Source: Podarcis liolepis
Lineage: Eukaryota
Direction: 5' to 3' (one strand)
DNA length: 64,000 nucleotides
Assembly (NCBI GenBank): GCA_965112155.1
Contig: OZ218112.1
Shown: in pieces, positions 12,459-26,247 of the stretch
How the letters are laid out: each line of letters begins with the position of its first letter
Numbering within the stretch: the stretch's first letter is position 1
Notes under the pieces: model-generated
What the model was told of the DNA's origin: nothing
What the model saw: the letters and a program-made list of their open reading frames with translations, nothing else
The model's database searches: none
Program-made: the position numbers and the translations under genes

Positions 12459-15400
12459 TCTCATGGGATGTCATTGGTAATTTGCACTGCCCTCAGAGCC
12501 ACCATTTGGGTTCTGTTTGTGGACATTGTGCAGACCTAGAGTTGGTGAGGTACATTGGTTAGACTGTTGGACTAGGACTTGGTTCAGAACCACTACTCAG
12601 CCATGAAGCTCCTTGGGTGACCTCGAGGAAATCACTGCCTCTCAGCAGGGAGGATAAAATGGGGTGTGGGGTCACACGTGCTTGAGCTCCTTGGAGGAAA
12701 GGTGAGGTTTAAATGAAAAGACAAATAGAGAAAACAAAATAGATTGCACAAACCTTAATACAGCCCATTCTTCATGTTCCCAAGTGTGCTGCAATGCTCA
12801 CCAGCCCACAACAATTCCTGCTGAAAACTACAGGCTCAGATTTCATTAAAAAAAGAATAATAATGAGAAAAGAGTTGTTCCCTGGAAGTTAAAATCCTTT
12901 GCCCTAAAATGGCAACCTCCCTTTCTTTCTAAGTCTATGTGGTTATGCAGGAGGAAGCACTTTGTGCATGCTCAGAGGCATTGCCACATTTTGCCCACAG
13001 AAACTTGGATCAGACACTCTCAAGAGAGGAGGGTTGCTCCAGAGACTTTTCTGTGTTTTCACTTCTGATAGAAGCAATTGGTGGGGATGTGGGATGATGA
13101 ATCACGACTGCATTCTGTTGAGGACTGGACTGGTTTTGACAGGCAGGCACTGATGTGTTTTGCAGACTGTATCTGATGCTAATGCTCGGCCACAAGGAGC
13201 AACCCACTACACTGCCGTTCCGGTGTCTGAGCACAATCCCTTTTCAACACGAGACCTGCTCTAATCCACCCTGGGATTTGGCTGTGTCTCTAAGCAACAG
13301 CAAAAATGGATTTGCCTATGTTTTGTATCCATAGGCTTGTATCCCCACACCTCAATGGTACAGTAGCCTCAGACGCCACTGTTATGCTCTCTGCCTTAAT
13401 CAGAAGTGTGGAAGATCAGAATCTTTCCCCTCATTCTTTTGTTAACCTCTAGGTAATCCTCCCCAACATTATGACTGCTGAAGAGAAGGAGAGAGGCCAT
13501 GCAAAAATAAAACAAAACATAGTTTTCTCTTGCAATTTGAGCATGCAGTTTTAACATGTATAATGGACTGGATTTAAATTCTACTCAGAGTAGACCCATT
13601 GAAAGTTAATCATGCCCATCATGGAAGGGTGAGAGGGGTATGTGTTATCAGTTTGCTTTTTCTTGTTTTTCTTATGAGTTTTGTGTTCTCATTTTTATGT
13701 TGTGAACTGCTCTGTAATCTTCGGATGAAGTGCAGTATACAAATGTAATAGATACTCCTGCTACTACTAATAATCTCAATGAGTCTGCTCTGAGTAGGAC
13801 TAACCATAGGTATTACCCAGTGGTTCTAAGATTGCCTATTTTATTTATATTTATATCTTGTTTTTCACAGTTGTGCTAATTGGTATTTTAAAATGAGTAT
13901 CTTGAGTGATCCTTTGTAAACCACTTAGAGGTTTTGGTGATCAAGTAAGCAGTATGCAAATGTTGTTCAATAAAACAAAGCAAAACAAAATACCCCAAAG
14001 TAAGCAGGCAGGCAGTGTGTCTTCCTTCCAAGGATGTCACTATATTCAACCTGTGTGTTCTTCCATGCAGTGACATGGATGGTGGTGACCTCCAAGCACT
14101 CTGAATATGCTCAGAGGCAACTGGAAGAGAGTTCTGAGGGCATATGTGGTACAGAAATGGAGGAAATTATTAGTCTTAAACCGTATTGAATTGCTGCATC
14201 GACGCAGTGTGGCCAAACCCTGTAAGATGTGCACTGTTTAGCACCATCTTTGGAGATGAGCCCTTTAGCCTGTTTGTGTCCTGACTGGAAGCTTCAGGTC
14301 AGATTCAGGCCATGGAAAGCCATGTTCTACCTCTACTGTTGGAGGCAGTATGATTGAATACCAGGTGCGGATAACGCTGTTGCACCCAAGACCTGCTTAT
14401 GGACTTCCCATGATATTGGCCACTGTGGGAACAGGATGGTGGTTTAGATGAGCCATTGGTCTGCTGCAGCAGGCTTCTCATTGGCTTGTATGTCCTTCAT
14501 GCCTAGATGCCATTAATGTGAACTACCCCTTAAGAGCATAGGCACCAGCTTTACACCAGGTGTGACTACCTATTTAGCTCCGATCTAGCAGCAGCTGCCC
14601 AGAGCATCAGAGAAATGTATTTCCCATCACTGCCAATGAGAGCTGAGCCATTCCTACCATGAGGCAGAAAGATGGAGCAGATGCTGAAAATTGGCATCAA
14701 AATGTTGGACCACAGGGCTGTGCCTGCCACGGGGCTGTGCCTGCCACACTTTCTCTTGGTCTCTTATTTCCCCCTTTTCGGTTCTTCACACTTCCATAAC
14801 ACTATGTGTTGGTCTGTTTTTAAAATCCTCATGAAAGCCATTACCCCTTATATAAACACATTTTTGTATGCAGTTTCGAAACAAAATGCACTTTTTCTTT
14901 TGCAAGCATTTCTCCTAATAGGCAGTATTTTTGTATGTCAACTTTCACCATAATATATGCATTTTTCTTGCACACATTGTTTGGTTGAAGAACCACAATA
15001 CAAAGTGCAGAGAACTGTGGGTTTTGAAGGAGAGCTGTGTTTTGGTTTGTACCTTGCCTTGAAAAGCGTGAATCAGGTAGTTTCTCATTAGAATGCAAAG
15101 AAAACAGAATGCATCTCCTACATTCTCTGACCTCTGCTGTCTTGAGCAGGCCTGTTTTGAAGGGCTGTAACTCAGTGGTCGAGAGTGGTTGCTCACCCTT
15201 CTCAGGGAGGCGACAGCTGCGGACCTTCACCCCATCAGCCATCCCAGCAGCAGCAGCCCAAGTGCTGCCCAATAGTTAAGGGAATTCCCCAGCCAGCAGG
15301 ATTTCCCTCCGGAAAGTCAATATAAAATGGGCCAGAGGCCCCGCTGCAAGGTTCAATGCCTAACAGTAGTTCCAGATAGGGCTAGGGGGCTGCTGCCATT

Positions 15401-17089
15401 CAGTGAGTAGACCATACTGAACTAAATGGATTATCAGTGTGACTCAGTATAAGGCAGCTTCCTATGTTCCTTCAGGTGCAGTGGTGGATGTGACCCTGTC
15501 GCCAGCATTGAAGCAAGACTCAGCTGCCATTCCATTCAGGTTCTAAACATGGGATAGTGGAGTGACATTGTGTCCTTTGTCAGGGCAAAACATTCTGATC
15601 TGGTCCTTCTTTCTCCAGATGTGCTCTATCCTTAAGCCGTGTGTTCCCATCAAACAAAAACTGCATACAAATAAGCAGTGGGGGCGGGGAGTGATATAAG
15701 CCTGTTCTGTGCAAACATTGTCAGCATTGCTGCTACATGGATGCCTTATTAGAAACAAAGGAAGCTGCCCCCTTTTTAAACCATGTAAAACCATCGGCCC
15801 ATCTCCAGTTGTCTCTCCCAGCCCCACCAGGGATTGAACCTGGGACCTTGTGTAAGCAAAGCAGGTGCTTTACCACTGAATTATGGTCATTCCCACATCA
15901 TTTAAAATCATGATCACATAACATGAATTAAGACAAGGAGGTATTTCTGGCAGACAGCAAACATCAGAGAAAGAGAGAGAGGGAGGGAGAGAGAGAGGGG
16001 CAGAGAGAGATTTTGTTCACTCCAACATTCAACCAGCTTACAGCCATGTCTTCTACTTTCCAATCATATATATGTTTTTAGAGTCCCATTCTGGAGAAAT
16101 CTCCAGCCACTGAATATCCTAATATTCAGAAACCACCTAGAAAACTAGTCCTGATTTTTTCCTAATGTGGTGGAATCCCATCTGCAAAGATATACATGGA
16201 TGGCCTCACTTTGATGAAAGAAATATAGAGGCTCGGAGATGGTCTGTAATGGTTTTCTGGGTTGTGCTGACAATGAGATATTGATTGGTCTTGAGCAGTG
16301 CAGGAAATTAAAAAAGAAAGAAAAAGGAGGGGTGATTAATCTTTGTCAGCCCCCAAAAATGTGACGCACGACTTCTCTTTCCTACGAGGGACTCTTTGAC
16401 TCACTTAATCAAAGGCTGCATCTCATTTGGAAGCTAAGCTGCTTTTGTGGAATGGGAGCAGGGATCCCATCAGAGAGGGGTGCTTGGGAAAGTGCTGAAT
16501 GATTTCTGTACTCCAAATCTCCTTGTCTCAGCAGTTCCCCACCCTCCGTGGGGCTTTAAATGTAGGGAAATGCTCAGTGAAAATCTTGTGGTGGTCATGG
16601 TGGTGGGGACACAGATTGAGGGACAATTTGGAGTGGGGAAAGGGCTAAGCACCCCTTCCTCTTGCAGTTTCAACTGATCATTCCCACCTGTAGTGTCTGT
16701 TTTTTAATCATTAAAACAGGTCACAAGGCTCCCATGCGGTTTGAGCTTATTGCAGTCCAGACCTAAGCACCCAAAACAGCAGGGACAATGGTCATAGGTG
16801 ATGGAAGATGAAATCCAAAATGCCTGGAGGGCACTAGGTCAGGGAAGACTGCTATGCAGTTCAAAGTGACTTCAGTCCTAGTAAAGAGTGCTGGTCACAC
16901 GTGAGTGGGAATTGGGACCTGAGTTTTAACTCTCTAGGTTTTCTCATTTCACTCACTCCCAATCTGAACAACCTCTGAGGTCTTGCATGCCTCCCATTTC
17001 TCCAGACGAGCCAGTCAAAACGATCCAGTTTTCTGAACAAATCCACAAGCTGTGTTTTTTTTTAGAAAGTACATCTTAATATAAATAAG

Positions 17090-17095
17090 TTTATT
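17090..17095 (-). terminator. Duplicated copy of the putative poly(A) signal
   Basis: Identical context to 23118-23123, offset by 6028 bp, inside the tandem duplication. Confidence 0.45.
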
Positions 17096-18022
17096 CAGTG
17101 CATGGTTGTATACAACAAATAATAAACATCTCCTTGTACAAAGCAGTCTGAAACAGCTCGAACCGATCCATGTCAGCTTTGTACAAATCTGCAACAGATG
17201 CTGACGTTGAGCAATGCACGAAATCGTAACATGTCATGCAACTCTTAAGCCAATATTCCAACTTTCTCCCATGCAACGGATATGAGGAACTAAATGGAAA
17301 CCTAATGAATTCTTTTTAAATATATATAGGTTTTTGCTTTTTTAAAAAAGGGGAAAGGAGGGCACAATCAAAACTCTGCTGCGGGCAGAGATCAGGGGGC
17401 AGATGGGCTCCTTGTAGGAATGCATCAGATCCCTCCCTTCTCCCACCAGGCCATTGTCACACCACTATGACTGCAGTTCATGCAAGGCAAAACCCCTTAA
17501 ATATTATCCAGGAGCTTGCTCCTTTCCATGGCAGGACCACAATACATCTGTCTGATAGCCCCTTGCACTTTAAGCCCCTTCAGGTGTTACAATCAGGTTA
17601 ATGTGAGCACACGGTAGGAGCAGCAGGAACAGGTGTGTCAGCCCTACCCCACGACCCCATTATTTATATTATCACACTCCAACTCAAAGAAGGTAAACTT
17701 CTGCAACAGGGTGCCATTTGAATTCAGGGCCTGATTAATAATAATAATAATAATAAATTTTATTTATACCCTGCCCTCCCTGGTCAGAGCCGGGCTCAGG
17801 GCGGCTAACACCAGTAAAATTACAGTAAAAACATAATAGGAAAAAACCACAATTTAAAATACAGGTTAAAATCAATTTAAAATGCAGACCTTTAGAGACC
17901 CTAAGCACTTAAAAGATTTTGGTGCCCCCATATATTCCTAATTCAAAATATAAACAACTATAAACCCTAAAATAAAATTGTATGTTACGGAAAGAAACCA
18001 AAACCTACATGCTTCATTTTTG

Positions 18023-18083
<61 letters not shown>

Positions 18084-18209
18084 GGGGGTCTACTTTTTCT
18101 AGTTGCAACGTCTTTGATCAGACCCTCAGAACTAATCTTACACAATGTGTTTGCTTCTACACTTAGTAGAGATAAGGCATCCAGCCTGCCTCATTGTATA
18201 GTTGTTCTG

Positions 18210-18350
18210 GGACATGGGTGGTGCTGTGCTTTAAACCACTGAGCCTCTTGGGCTTGCCGATCGGAAGTTCGGCGGTTCGAATCCCCGCGACAGGGTGAGC
18301 GCCCATTGCTCTGTCCCAGCTCCTGCCAACCTAGCAATTTGAAAGCAGTT
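18210..18350 (+). mobile_element. Sauria SINE 5' part (duplication copy 1)
   Basis: gggacatgggtggtgctgtgctttaaaccactgagcctcttgggcttgccgatcggaagttcggcggttcgaatccccg; B-box GTTCGAATC. Confidence 0.85.
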
Positions 18351-21300
18351 CAAACTGTTGGGATTTTTTAATATACTTCATCTGAGAAAATGAATTCTCA
18401 GCTGAGTAATTTGTGACCATGAATGTTAAAAATCAGGCAACGGAAAACTTTTGTGGTGCCTCCCTCTTCCCTTGATGCCCGAAGCACGTGCTTAATTTCC
18501 TTCATGGTTAATCCAGCCCTGTTTGGAGTCATGGATGCTCCAGATGCATTTCAGAACCATGGCTTTGCAGGCTTCCAAAAATGCATGTGGAGCCTCCAAA
18601 GATAGAATGGGGTCCTTGTTGCAGAAGTTTGTGTTCCATGAGTTGGGAGGAGTTAAGAATGATAGCATGGGAAAGCAATGGGGACAGTGTGCTTGTCCCT
18701 GCCACCCCACACATGATTATATCAGCCTAAAGGTAGCACCTGAAGCTGGCTTCATTCTTTGTGGGCAGAAGACACTGGGCAATGTTCTCCTTCCCAACAG
18801 CATGTAGATATGCTTTAGGGGTTGTTTGTCGTGATGCTTCTCTTCTACCCTAATTTCATGTAAGTGAAAGAAAGAATTTTAATTTTTTTTTACAAACAAT
18901 ATTGATTTTCCTTATAAAAATTAAGTCACCTCAATTCCACAGTTTCTGTCTTTAGAAAAAAGAAGCCACGACAACAGTTTGTTTTTTTTAAAATATGTTA
19001 CATAAAATGTAATTAAGAGAAAGCAGAGGGAAAGGAGGGGGAGAAAAAGAAACTCTACATATTGGGGATATTTTCATCCCCTCTATTTTTATTTTTTATT
19101 TTTTAGAAAAACAACAACCCAAAAACATTATCTTCCACTGACTGGGGGTTAACGTTAACACTTTGGTTCCTACAGACTAGGGTCAGCACAAGGACTTTAA
19201 ACAGAATACTACAAATCTATTAAAAAATGTATATCTCTCAGTGTAGTTTTTTTTTTTTATCGCAAGAACACTTCTCTGGAGACTGAGACACTGACACTCA
19301 GCTCCAAACCTGATTTTTTTTTTAATTTTTATATTATACTACTATTAGCATTATGTTGCTTGAAAAGACACAGCGCTGAAGAAGACCCATTGGAGTTAAG
19401 GAATCAGAAAGTTGCACTATCCCAAATTAAAAGAATACATTGGGTTTGTTATCAATATCAAGCCTTAAGAGATATAAAATGGTAAGCTGAGAAAAAAAAC
19501 CACAGAGTTCACATATCCTGTTTGTTTACCCTCTAATGCTATAGATATAGTTTTCTCTTGCAATTTGAGCATGCAGTTTTAACATGTATAATGGACTGGA
19601 TTTAAATTCTACTCAGAGTAGACCCATTGAAAGTTAATCATGCCCATCATGGAAGGGTGAGAGGGGTATGTGTTATCAGTTTGCTTTTTCTTGTTTTTCT
19701 TATGAGTTTTGTGTTCTCATTTTTATGTTGTGAACTGCTCTGTAATCTTCGGATGAAGTGCAGTATACAAATGTAATAGATACTCCTGCTACTACTAATA
19801 ATCTCAATGAGTCTGCTCTGAGTAGGACTAACCATAGGTATTACCCAGTGGTTCTAAGATTGCCTATTTTATTTATATTTATATCTTGTTTTTCACAGTT
19901 GTGCTAATTGGTATTTTAAAATGAGTATCTTGAGTGATCCTTTGTAAACCACTTAGAGGTTTTGGTGATCAAGTAAGCAGTATGCAAATGTTGTTCAATA
20001 AAACAAAGCAAAACAAAATACCCCAAAGTAAGCAGGCAGGCAGTGTGTCTTCCTTCCAAGGATGTCACTATATTCAACCTGTGTGTTCTTCCATGCAGTG
20101 ACATGGATGGTGGTGACCTCCAAGCACTCTGAATATGCTCAGAGGCAACTGGAAGAGAGTTCTGAGGGCATATGTGGTACAGAAATGGAGGAAATTATTA
20201 GTCTTAAACCGTATTGAATTGCTGCATCGACGCAGTGTGGCCAAACCCTGTAAGATGTGCACTGTTTAGCACCATCTTTGGAGATGAGCCCTTTAGCCTG
20301 TTTGTGTCCTGACTGGAAGCTTCAGGTCAGATTCAGGCCATGGAAAGCCATGTTCTACCTCTACTGTTGGAGGCAGTATGATTGAATACCAGGTGCGGAT
20401 AACGCTGTTGCACCCAAGACCTGCTTATGGACTTCCCATGATATTGGCCACTGTGGGAACAGGATGGTGGTTTAGATGAGCCATTGGTCTGCTGCAGCAG
20501 GCTTCTCATTGGCTTGTATGTCCTTCATGCCTAGATGCCATTAATGTGAACTACCCCTTAAGAGCATAGGCACCAGCTTTACACCAGGTGTGACTACCTA
20601 TTTAGCTCCGATCTAGCAGCAGCTGCCCAGAGCATCAGAGAAATGTATTTCCCATCACTGCCAATGAGAGCTGAGCCATTCCTACCATGAGGCAGAAAGA
20701 TGGAGCAGATGCTGAAAATTGGCATCAAAATGTTGGACCACAGGGCTGTGCCTGCCACGGGGCTGTGCCTGCCACACTTTCTCTTGGTCTCTTATTTCCC
20801 CCTTTTCGGTTCTTCACACTTCCATAACACTATGTGTTGGTCTGTTTTTAAAATCCTCATGAAAGCCATTACCCCTTATATAAACACATTTTTGTATGCA
20901 GTTTCGAAACAAAATGCACTTTTTCTTTTGCAAGCATTTCTCCTAATAGGCAGTATTTTTGTATGTCAACTTTCACCATAATATATGCATTTTTCTTGCA
21001 CACATTGTTTGGTTGAAGAACCACAATACAAAGTGCAGAGAACTGTGGGTTTTGAAGGAGAGCTGTGTTTTGGTTTGTACCTTGCCTTGAAAAGCGTGAA
21101 TCAGGTAGTTTCTCATTAGAATGCAAAGAAAACAGAATGCATCTCCTACATTCTCTGACCTCTGCTGTCTTGAGCAGGCCTGTTTTGAAGGGCTGTAACT
21201 CAGTGGTCGAGAGTGGTTGCTCACCCTTCTCAGGGAGGCGACAGCTGCGGACCTTCACCCCATCAGCCATCCCAGCAGCAGCAGCCCAAGTGCTGCCCAA

Positions 21301-23117
21301 TAGTTAAGGGAATTCCCCAGCCAGCAGGATTTCCCTCCGGAAAGTCAATATAAAATGGGCCAGAGGCCCCGCTGCAAGGTTCAATGCCTAACAGTAGTTC
21401 CAGATAGGGCTAGGGGGCTGCTGCCATTCAGTGAGTAGACCATACTGAACTAAATGGATTATCAGTGTGACTCAGTATAAGGCAGCTTCCTATGTTCCTT
21501 CAGGTGCAGTGGTGGATGTGACCCTGTCGCCAGCATTGAAGCAAGACTCAGCTGCCATTCCATTCAGGTTCTAAACATGGGATAGTGGAGTGACATTGTG
21601 TCCTTTGTCAGGGCAAAACATTCTGATCTGGTCCTTCTTTCTCCAGATGTGCTCTATCCTTAAGCCGTGTGTTCCCATCAAACAAAAACTGCATACAAAT
21701 AAGCAGTGGGGGCGGGGAGTGATATAAGCCTGTTCTGTGCAAACATTGTCAGCATTGCTGCTACATGGATGCCTTATTAGAAACAAAGGAAGCTGCCCCC
21801 TTTTTAAACCATGTAAAACCATCGGCCCATCTCCAGTTGTCTCTCCCAGCCCCACCAGGGATTGAACCTGGGACCTTGTGTAAGCAAAGCAGGTGCTTTA
21901 CCACTGAATTATGGTCATTCCCACATCATTTAAAATCATGATCACATAACATGAATTAAGACAAGGAGGTATTTCTGGCAGACAGCAAACATCAGAGAAA
22001 GAGAGAGAGGGAGGGAGAGAGAGAGGGGCAGAGAGAGATTTTGTTCACTCCAACATTCAACCAGCTTACAGCCATGTCTTCTACTTTCCAATCATATATA
22101 TGTTTTTAGAGTCCCATTCTGGAGAAATCTCCAGCCACTGAATATCCTAATATTCAGAAACCACCTAGAAAACTAGTCCTGATTTTTTCCTAATGTGGTG
22201 GAATCCCATCTGCAAAGATATACATGGATGGCCTCACTTTGATGAAAGAAATATAGAGGCTCGGAGATGGTCTGTAATGGTTTTCTGGGTTGTGCTGACA
22301 ATGAGATATTGATTGGTCTTGAGCAGTGCAGGAAATTAAAAAAGAAAGAAAAAGGAGGGGTGATTAATCTTTGTCAGCCCCCAAAAATGTGACGCACGAC
22401 TTCTCTTTCCTACGAGGGACTCTTTGACTCACTTAATCAAAGGCTGCATCTCATTTGGAAGCTAAGCTGCTTTTGTGGAATGGGAGCAGGGATCCCATCA
22501 GAGAGGGGTGCTTGGGAAAGTGCTGAATGATTTCTGTACTCCAAATCTCCTTGTCTCAGCAGTTCCCCACCCTCCGTGGGGCTTTAAATGTAGGGAAATG
22601 CTCAGTGAAAATCTTGTGGTGGTCATGGTGGTGGGGACACAGATTGAGGGACAATTTGGAGTGGGGAAAGGGCTAAGCACCCCTTCCTCTTGCAGTTTCA
22701 ACTGATCATTCCCACCTGTAGTGTCTGTTTTTTAATCATTAAAACAGGTCACAAGGCTCCCATGCGGTTTGAGCTTATTGCAGTCCAGACCTAAGCACCC
22801 AAAACAGCAGGGACAATGGTCATAGGTGATGGAAGATGAAATCCAAAATGCCTGGAGGGCACTAGGTCAGGGAAGACTGCTATGCAGTTCAAAGTGACTT
22901 CAGTCCTAGTAAAGAGTGCTGGTCACACGTGAGTGGGAATTGGGACCTGAGTTTTAACTCTCTAGGTTTTCTCATTTCACTCACTCCCAATCTGAACAAC
23001 CTCTGAGGTCTTGCATGCCTCCCATTTCTCCAGACGAGCCAGTCAAAACGATCCAGTTTTCTGAACAAATCCACAAGCTGTGTTTTTTTTTAGAAAGTAC
23101 ATCTTAATATAAATAAG

Positions 23118-23123
23118 TTTATT
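23118..23123 (-). terminator. Putative FGF13 polyadenylation signal AATAAA
   Basis: Minus strand ...gcactgAATAAActtatttatattaagatg, with upstream TGTA motifs and downstream ttgtggatttgtt. Confidence 0.55.
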
Positions 23124-24050
23124 CAGTGCATGGTTGTATACAACAAATAATAAACATCTCCTTGTACAAAGCAGTCTGAAACAGCTCGAACCGATCCATG
23201 TCAGCTTTGTACAAATCTGCAACAGATGCTGACGTTGAGCAATGCACGAAATCGTAACATGTCATGCAACTCTTAAGCCAATATTCCAACTTTCTCCCAT
23301 GCAACGGATATGAGGAACTAAATGGAAACCTAATGAATTCTTTTTAAATATATATAGGTTTTTGCTTTTTTAAAAAAGGGGAAAGGAGGGCACAATCAAA
23401 ACTCTGCTGCGGGCAGAGATCAGGGGGCAGATGGGCTCCTTGTAGGAATGCATCAGATCCCTCCCTTCTCCCACCAGGCCATTGTCACACCACTATGACT
23501 GCAGTTCATGCAAGGCAAAACCCCTTAAATATTATCCAGGAGCTTGCTCCTTTCCATGGCAGGACCACAATACATCTGTCTGATAGCCCCTTGCACTTTA
23601 AGCCCCTTCAGGTGTTACAATCAGGTTAATGTGAGCACACGGTAGGAGCAGCAGGAACAGGTGTGTCAGCCCTACCCCACGACCCCATTATTTATATTAT
23701 CACACTCCAACTCAAAGAAGGTAAACTTCTGCAACAGGGTGCCATTTGAATTCAGGGCCTGATTAATAATAATAATAATAATAAATTTTATTTATACCCT
23801 GCCCTCCCTGGTCAGAGCCGGGCTCAGGGCGGCTAACACCAGTAAAATTACAGTAAAAACATAATAGGAAAAAACCACAATTTAAAATACAGGTTAAAAT
23901 CAATTTAAAATGCAGACCTTTAGAGACCCTAAGCACTTAAAAGATTTTGGTGCCCCCATATATTCCTAATTCAAAATATAAACAACTATAAACCCTAAAA
24001 TAAAATTGTATGTTACGGAAAGAAACCAAAACCTACATGCTTCATTTTTG

Positions 24051-24105
<55 letters not shown>

Positions 24106-24231
24106 GGGGGTCTACTTTTTCTAGTTGCAACGTCTTTGATCAGACCCTCAGAACTAATCTTACACAATGTGTTTGCTTCTACACTTAGTAGAGATAAGGC
24201 ATCCAGCCTGCCTCATTGTATAGTTGTTCTG

Positions 24232-24372
24232 GGACATGGGTGGTGCTGTGCTTTAAACCACTGAGCCTCTTGGGCTTGCCGATCGGAAGTTCGGCGGTTC
24301 GAATCCCCGCGACAGGGTGAGCGCCCATTGCTCTGTCCCAGCTCCTGCCAACCTAGCAATTTGAAAGCAGTT
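24232..24372 (+). mobile_element. Sauria SINE 5' part, antisense within the predicted FGF13 3'UTR
   Basis: Identical to 18210-18350. Confidence 0.85.
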
Positions 24373-26052
24373 CAAACTGTTGGGATTTTTTAATATACTT
24401 CATCTGAGAAAATGAATTCTCAGCTGAGTAATTTGTGACCATGAATGTTAAAAATCAGGCAACGGAAAACTTTTGTGGTGCCTCCCTCTTCCCTTGATGC
24501 CCGAAGCACGTGCTTAATTTCCTTCATGGTTAATCCAGCCCTGTTTGGAGTCATGGATGCTCCAGATGCATTTCAGAACCATGGCTTTGCAGGCTTCCAA
24601 AAATGCATGTGGAGCCTCCAAAGATAGAATGGGGTCCTTGTTGCAGAAGTTTGTGTTCCATGAGTTGGGAGGAGTTAAGAATGATAGCATGGGAAAGCAA
24701 TGGGGACAGTGTGCTTGTCCCTGCCACCCCACACATGATTATATCAGCCTAAAGGTAGCACCTGAAGCTGGCTTCATTCTTTGTGGGCAGAAGACACTGG
24801 GCAATGTTCTCCTTCCCAACAGCATGTAGATATGCTTTAGGGGTTGTTTGTCGTGATGCTTCTCTTCTACCCTAATTTCATGTAAGTGAAAGAAAGAATT
24901 TTAATTTTTTTTTACAAACAATATTGATTTTCCTTATAAAAATTAAGTCACCTCAATTCCACAGTTTCTGTCTTTAGAAAAAAGAAGCCACGACAACAGT
25001 TTGTTTTTTTTAAAATATGTTACATAAAATGTAATTAAGAGAAAGCAGAGGGAAAGGAGGGGGAGAAAAAGAAACTCTACATATTGGGGATATTTTCATC
25101 CCCTCTATTTTTATTTTTTATTTTTTAGAAAAACAACAACCCAAAAACATTATCTTCCACTGACTGGGGGTTAACGTTAACACTTTGGTTCCTACAGACT
25201 AGGGTCAGCACAAGGACTTTAAACAGAATACTACAAATCTATTAAAAAATGTATATCTCTCAGTGTAGTTTTTTTTTTTTATCGCAAGAACACTTCTCTG
25301 GAGACTGAGACACTGACACTCAGCTCCAAACCTGATTTTTTTTTTAATTTTTATATTATACTACTATTAGCATTATGTTGCTTGAAAAGACACAGCGCTG
25401 AAGAAGACCCATTGGAGTTAAGGAATCAGAAAGTTGCACTATCCCAAATTAAAAGAATACATTGGGTTTGTTATCAATATCAAGCCTTAAGAGATATAAA
25501 ATGGTAAGCTGAGAAAAAAAACCACAGAGTTCACATATCCTGTTTGTTTACCCTCTAATGCTATAGATATATATATGTATAAAACATTAAGCATTAGAAT
25601 TTCCCTCGAAGAGCAAAAAAGTGGTCTTTGATTGGACTTCTCTCTTGGCTGGACAGCAAATTCAAATCAGCAGTTAAGTGCTGCAAAAAAATGTTTTCCT
25701 GCTACTTAATTCTGCCCCCCCCCCCCAGCACAGGTGAGATTAAAGAGAGAGTGAGCAAGAGGGACATTTCCTCTCTGTGGTTTTATGCCGCAAGTTATGT
25801 TTTGTCTGGCTATCCTTGTGTGATTGCACAAGCACATTCTATGTTACTGGGCTCTCTCTTTTTTACTATTATCATTTGTTTAGAATTATTTTAGAACAAC
25901 CAGAAGGTCTAAATGGCTGATAAGACAATGTGACCTATGCCAGTTTGTTGGCTTGCCTCGCTGGATGATAGGCAGCTAAGAAAGTGCTTATATCTATGAT
26001 TCCAGAGGTAAGATTCCATTTACGCGTCTCTCCAGTTGCTCCCTAAACCTGG

Positions 26053-26247
<195 letters not shown>

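Larger units (their letters stand above)
13519..19546. repeat. Tandem segmental duplication, copy 1 (6028 bp)
   Basis: Sequence and ORF track repeat with offset 6028 (e.g. ORFs 13619/19647, 14841/20869, 17091/23119), then 6022 after the (TA)n tract. Confidence 0.97.
19547..25568. repeat. Tandem segmental duplication, copy 2 (6022 bp)
   Basis: Starts atagttttctcttgcaatttg, as at 13519. Junction has 3-nt ATA microhomology (19547-19549). The only difference I could see is a (TA)n tract 6 nt shorter. Confidence 0.97.
23095..26052 (-). other. FGF13: Probable FGF13 3'UTR (~2.9 kb)
   Basis: Follows the stop codon on the minus strand, is AU-rich, and ends in a block with several UGUA motifs, AATAAA (plus-strand tttatt 23118-23123) and a downstream GU-rich tract. 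The end point is inferred. Confidence 0.6.

Noticed and set aside
14841-21300. Repeated 143-aa ORF suggesting a duplicated gene
   Set aside because: Repetition comes from the tandem duplication; it starts at a non-ATG codon and has no recognisable homology.
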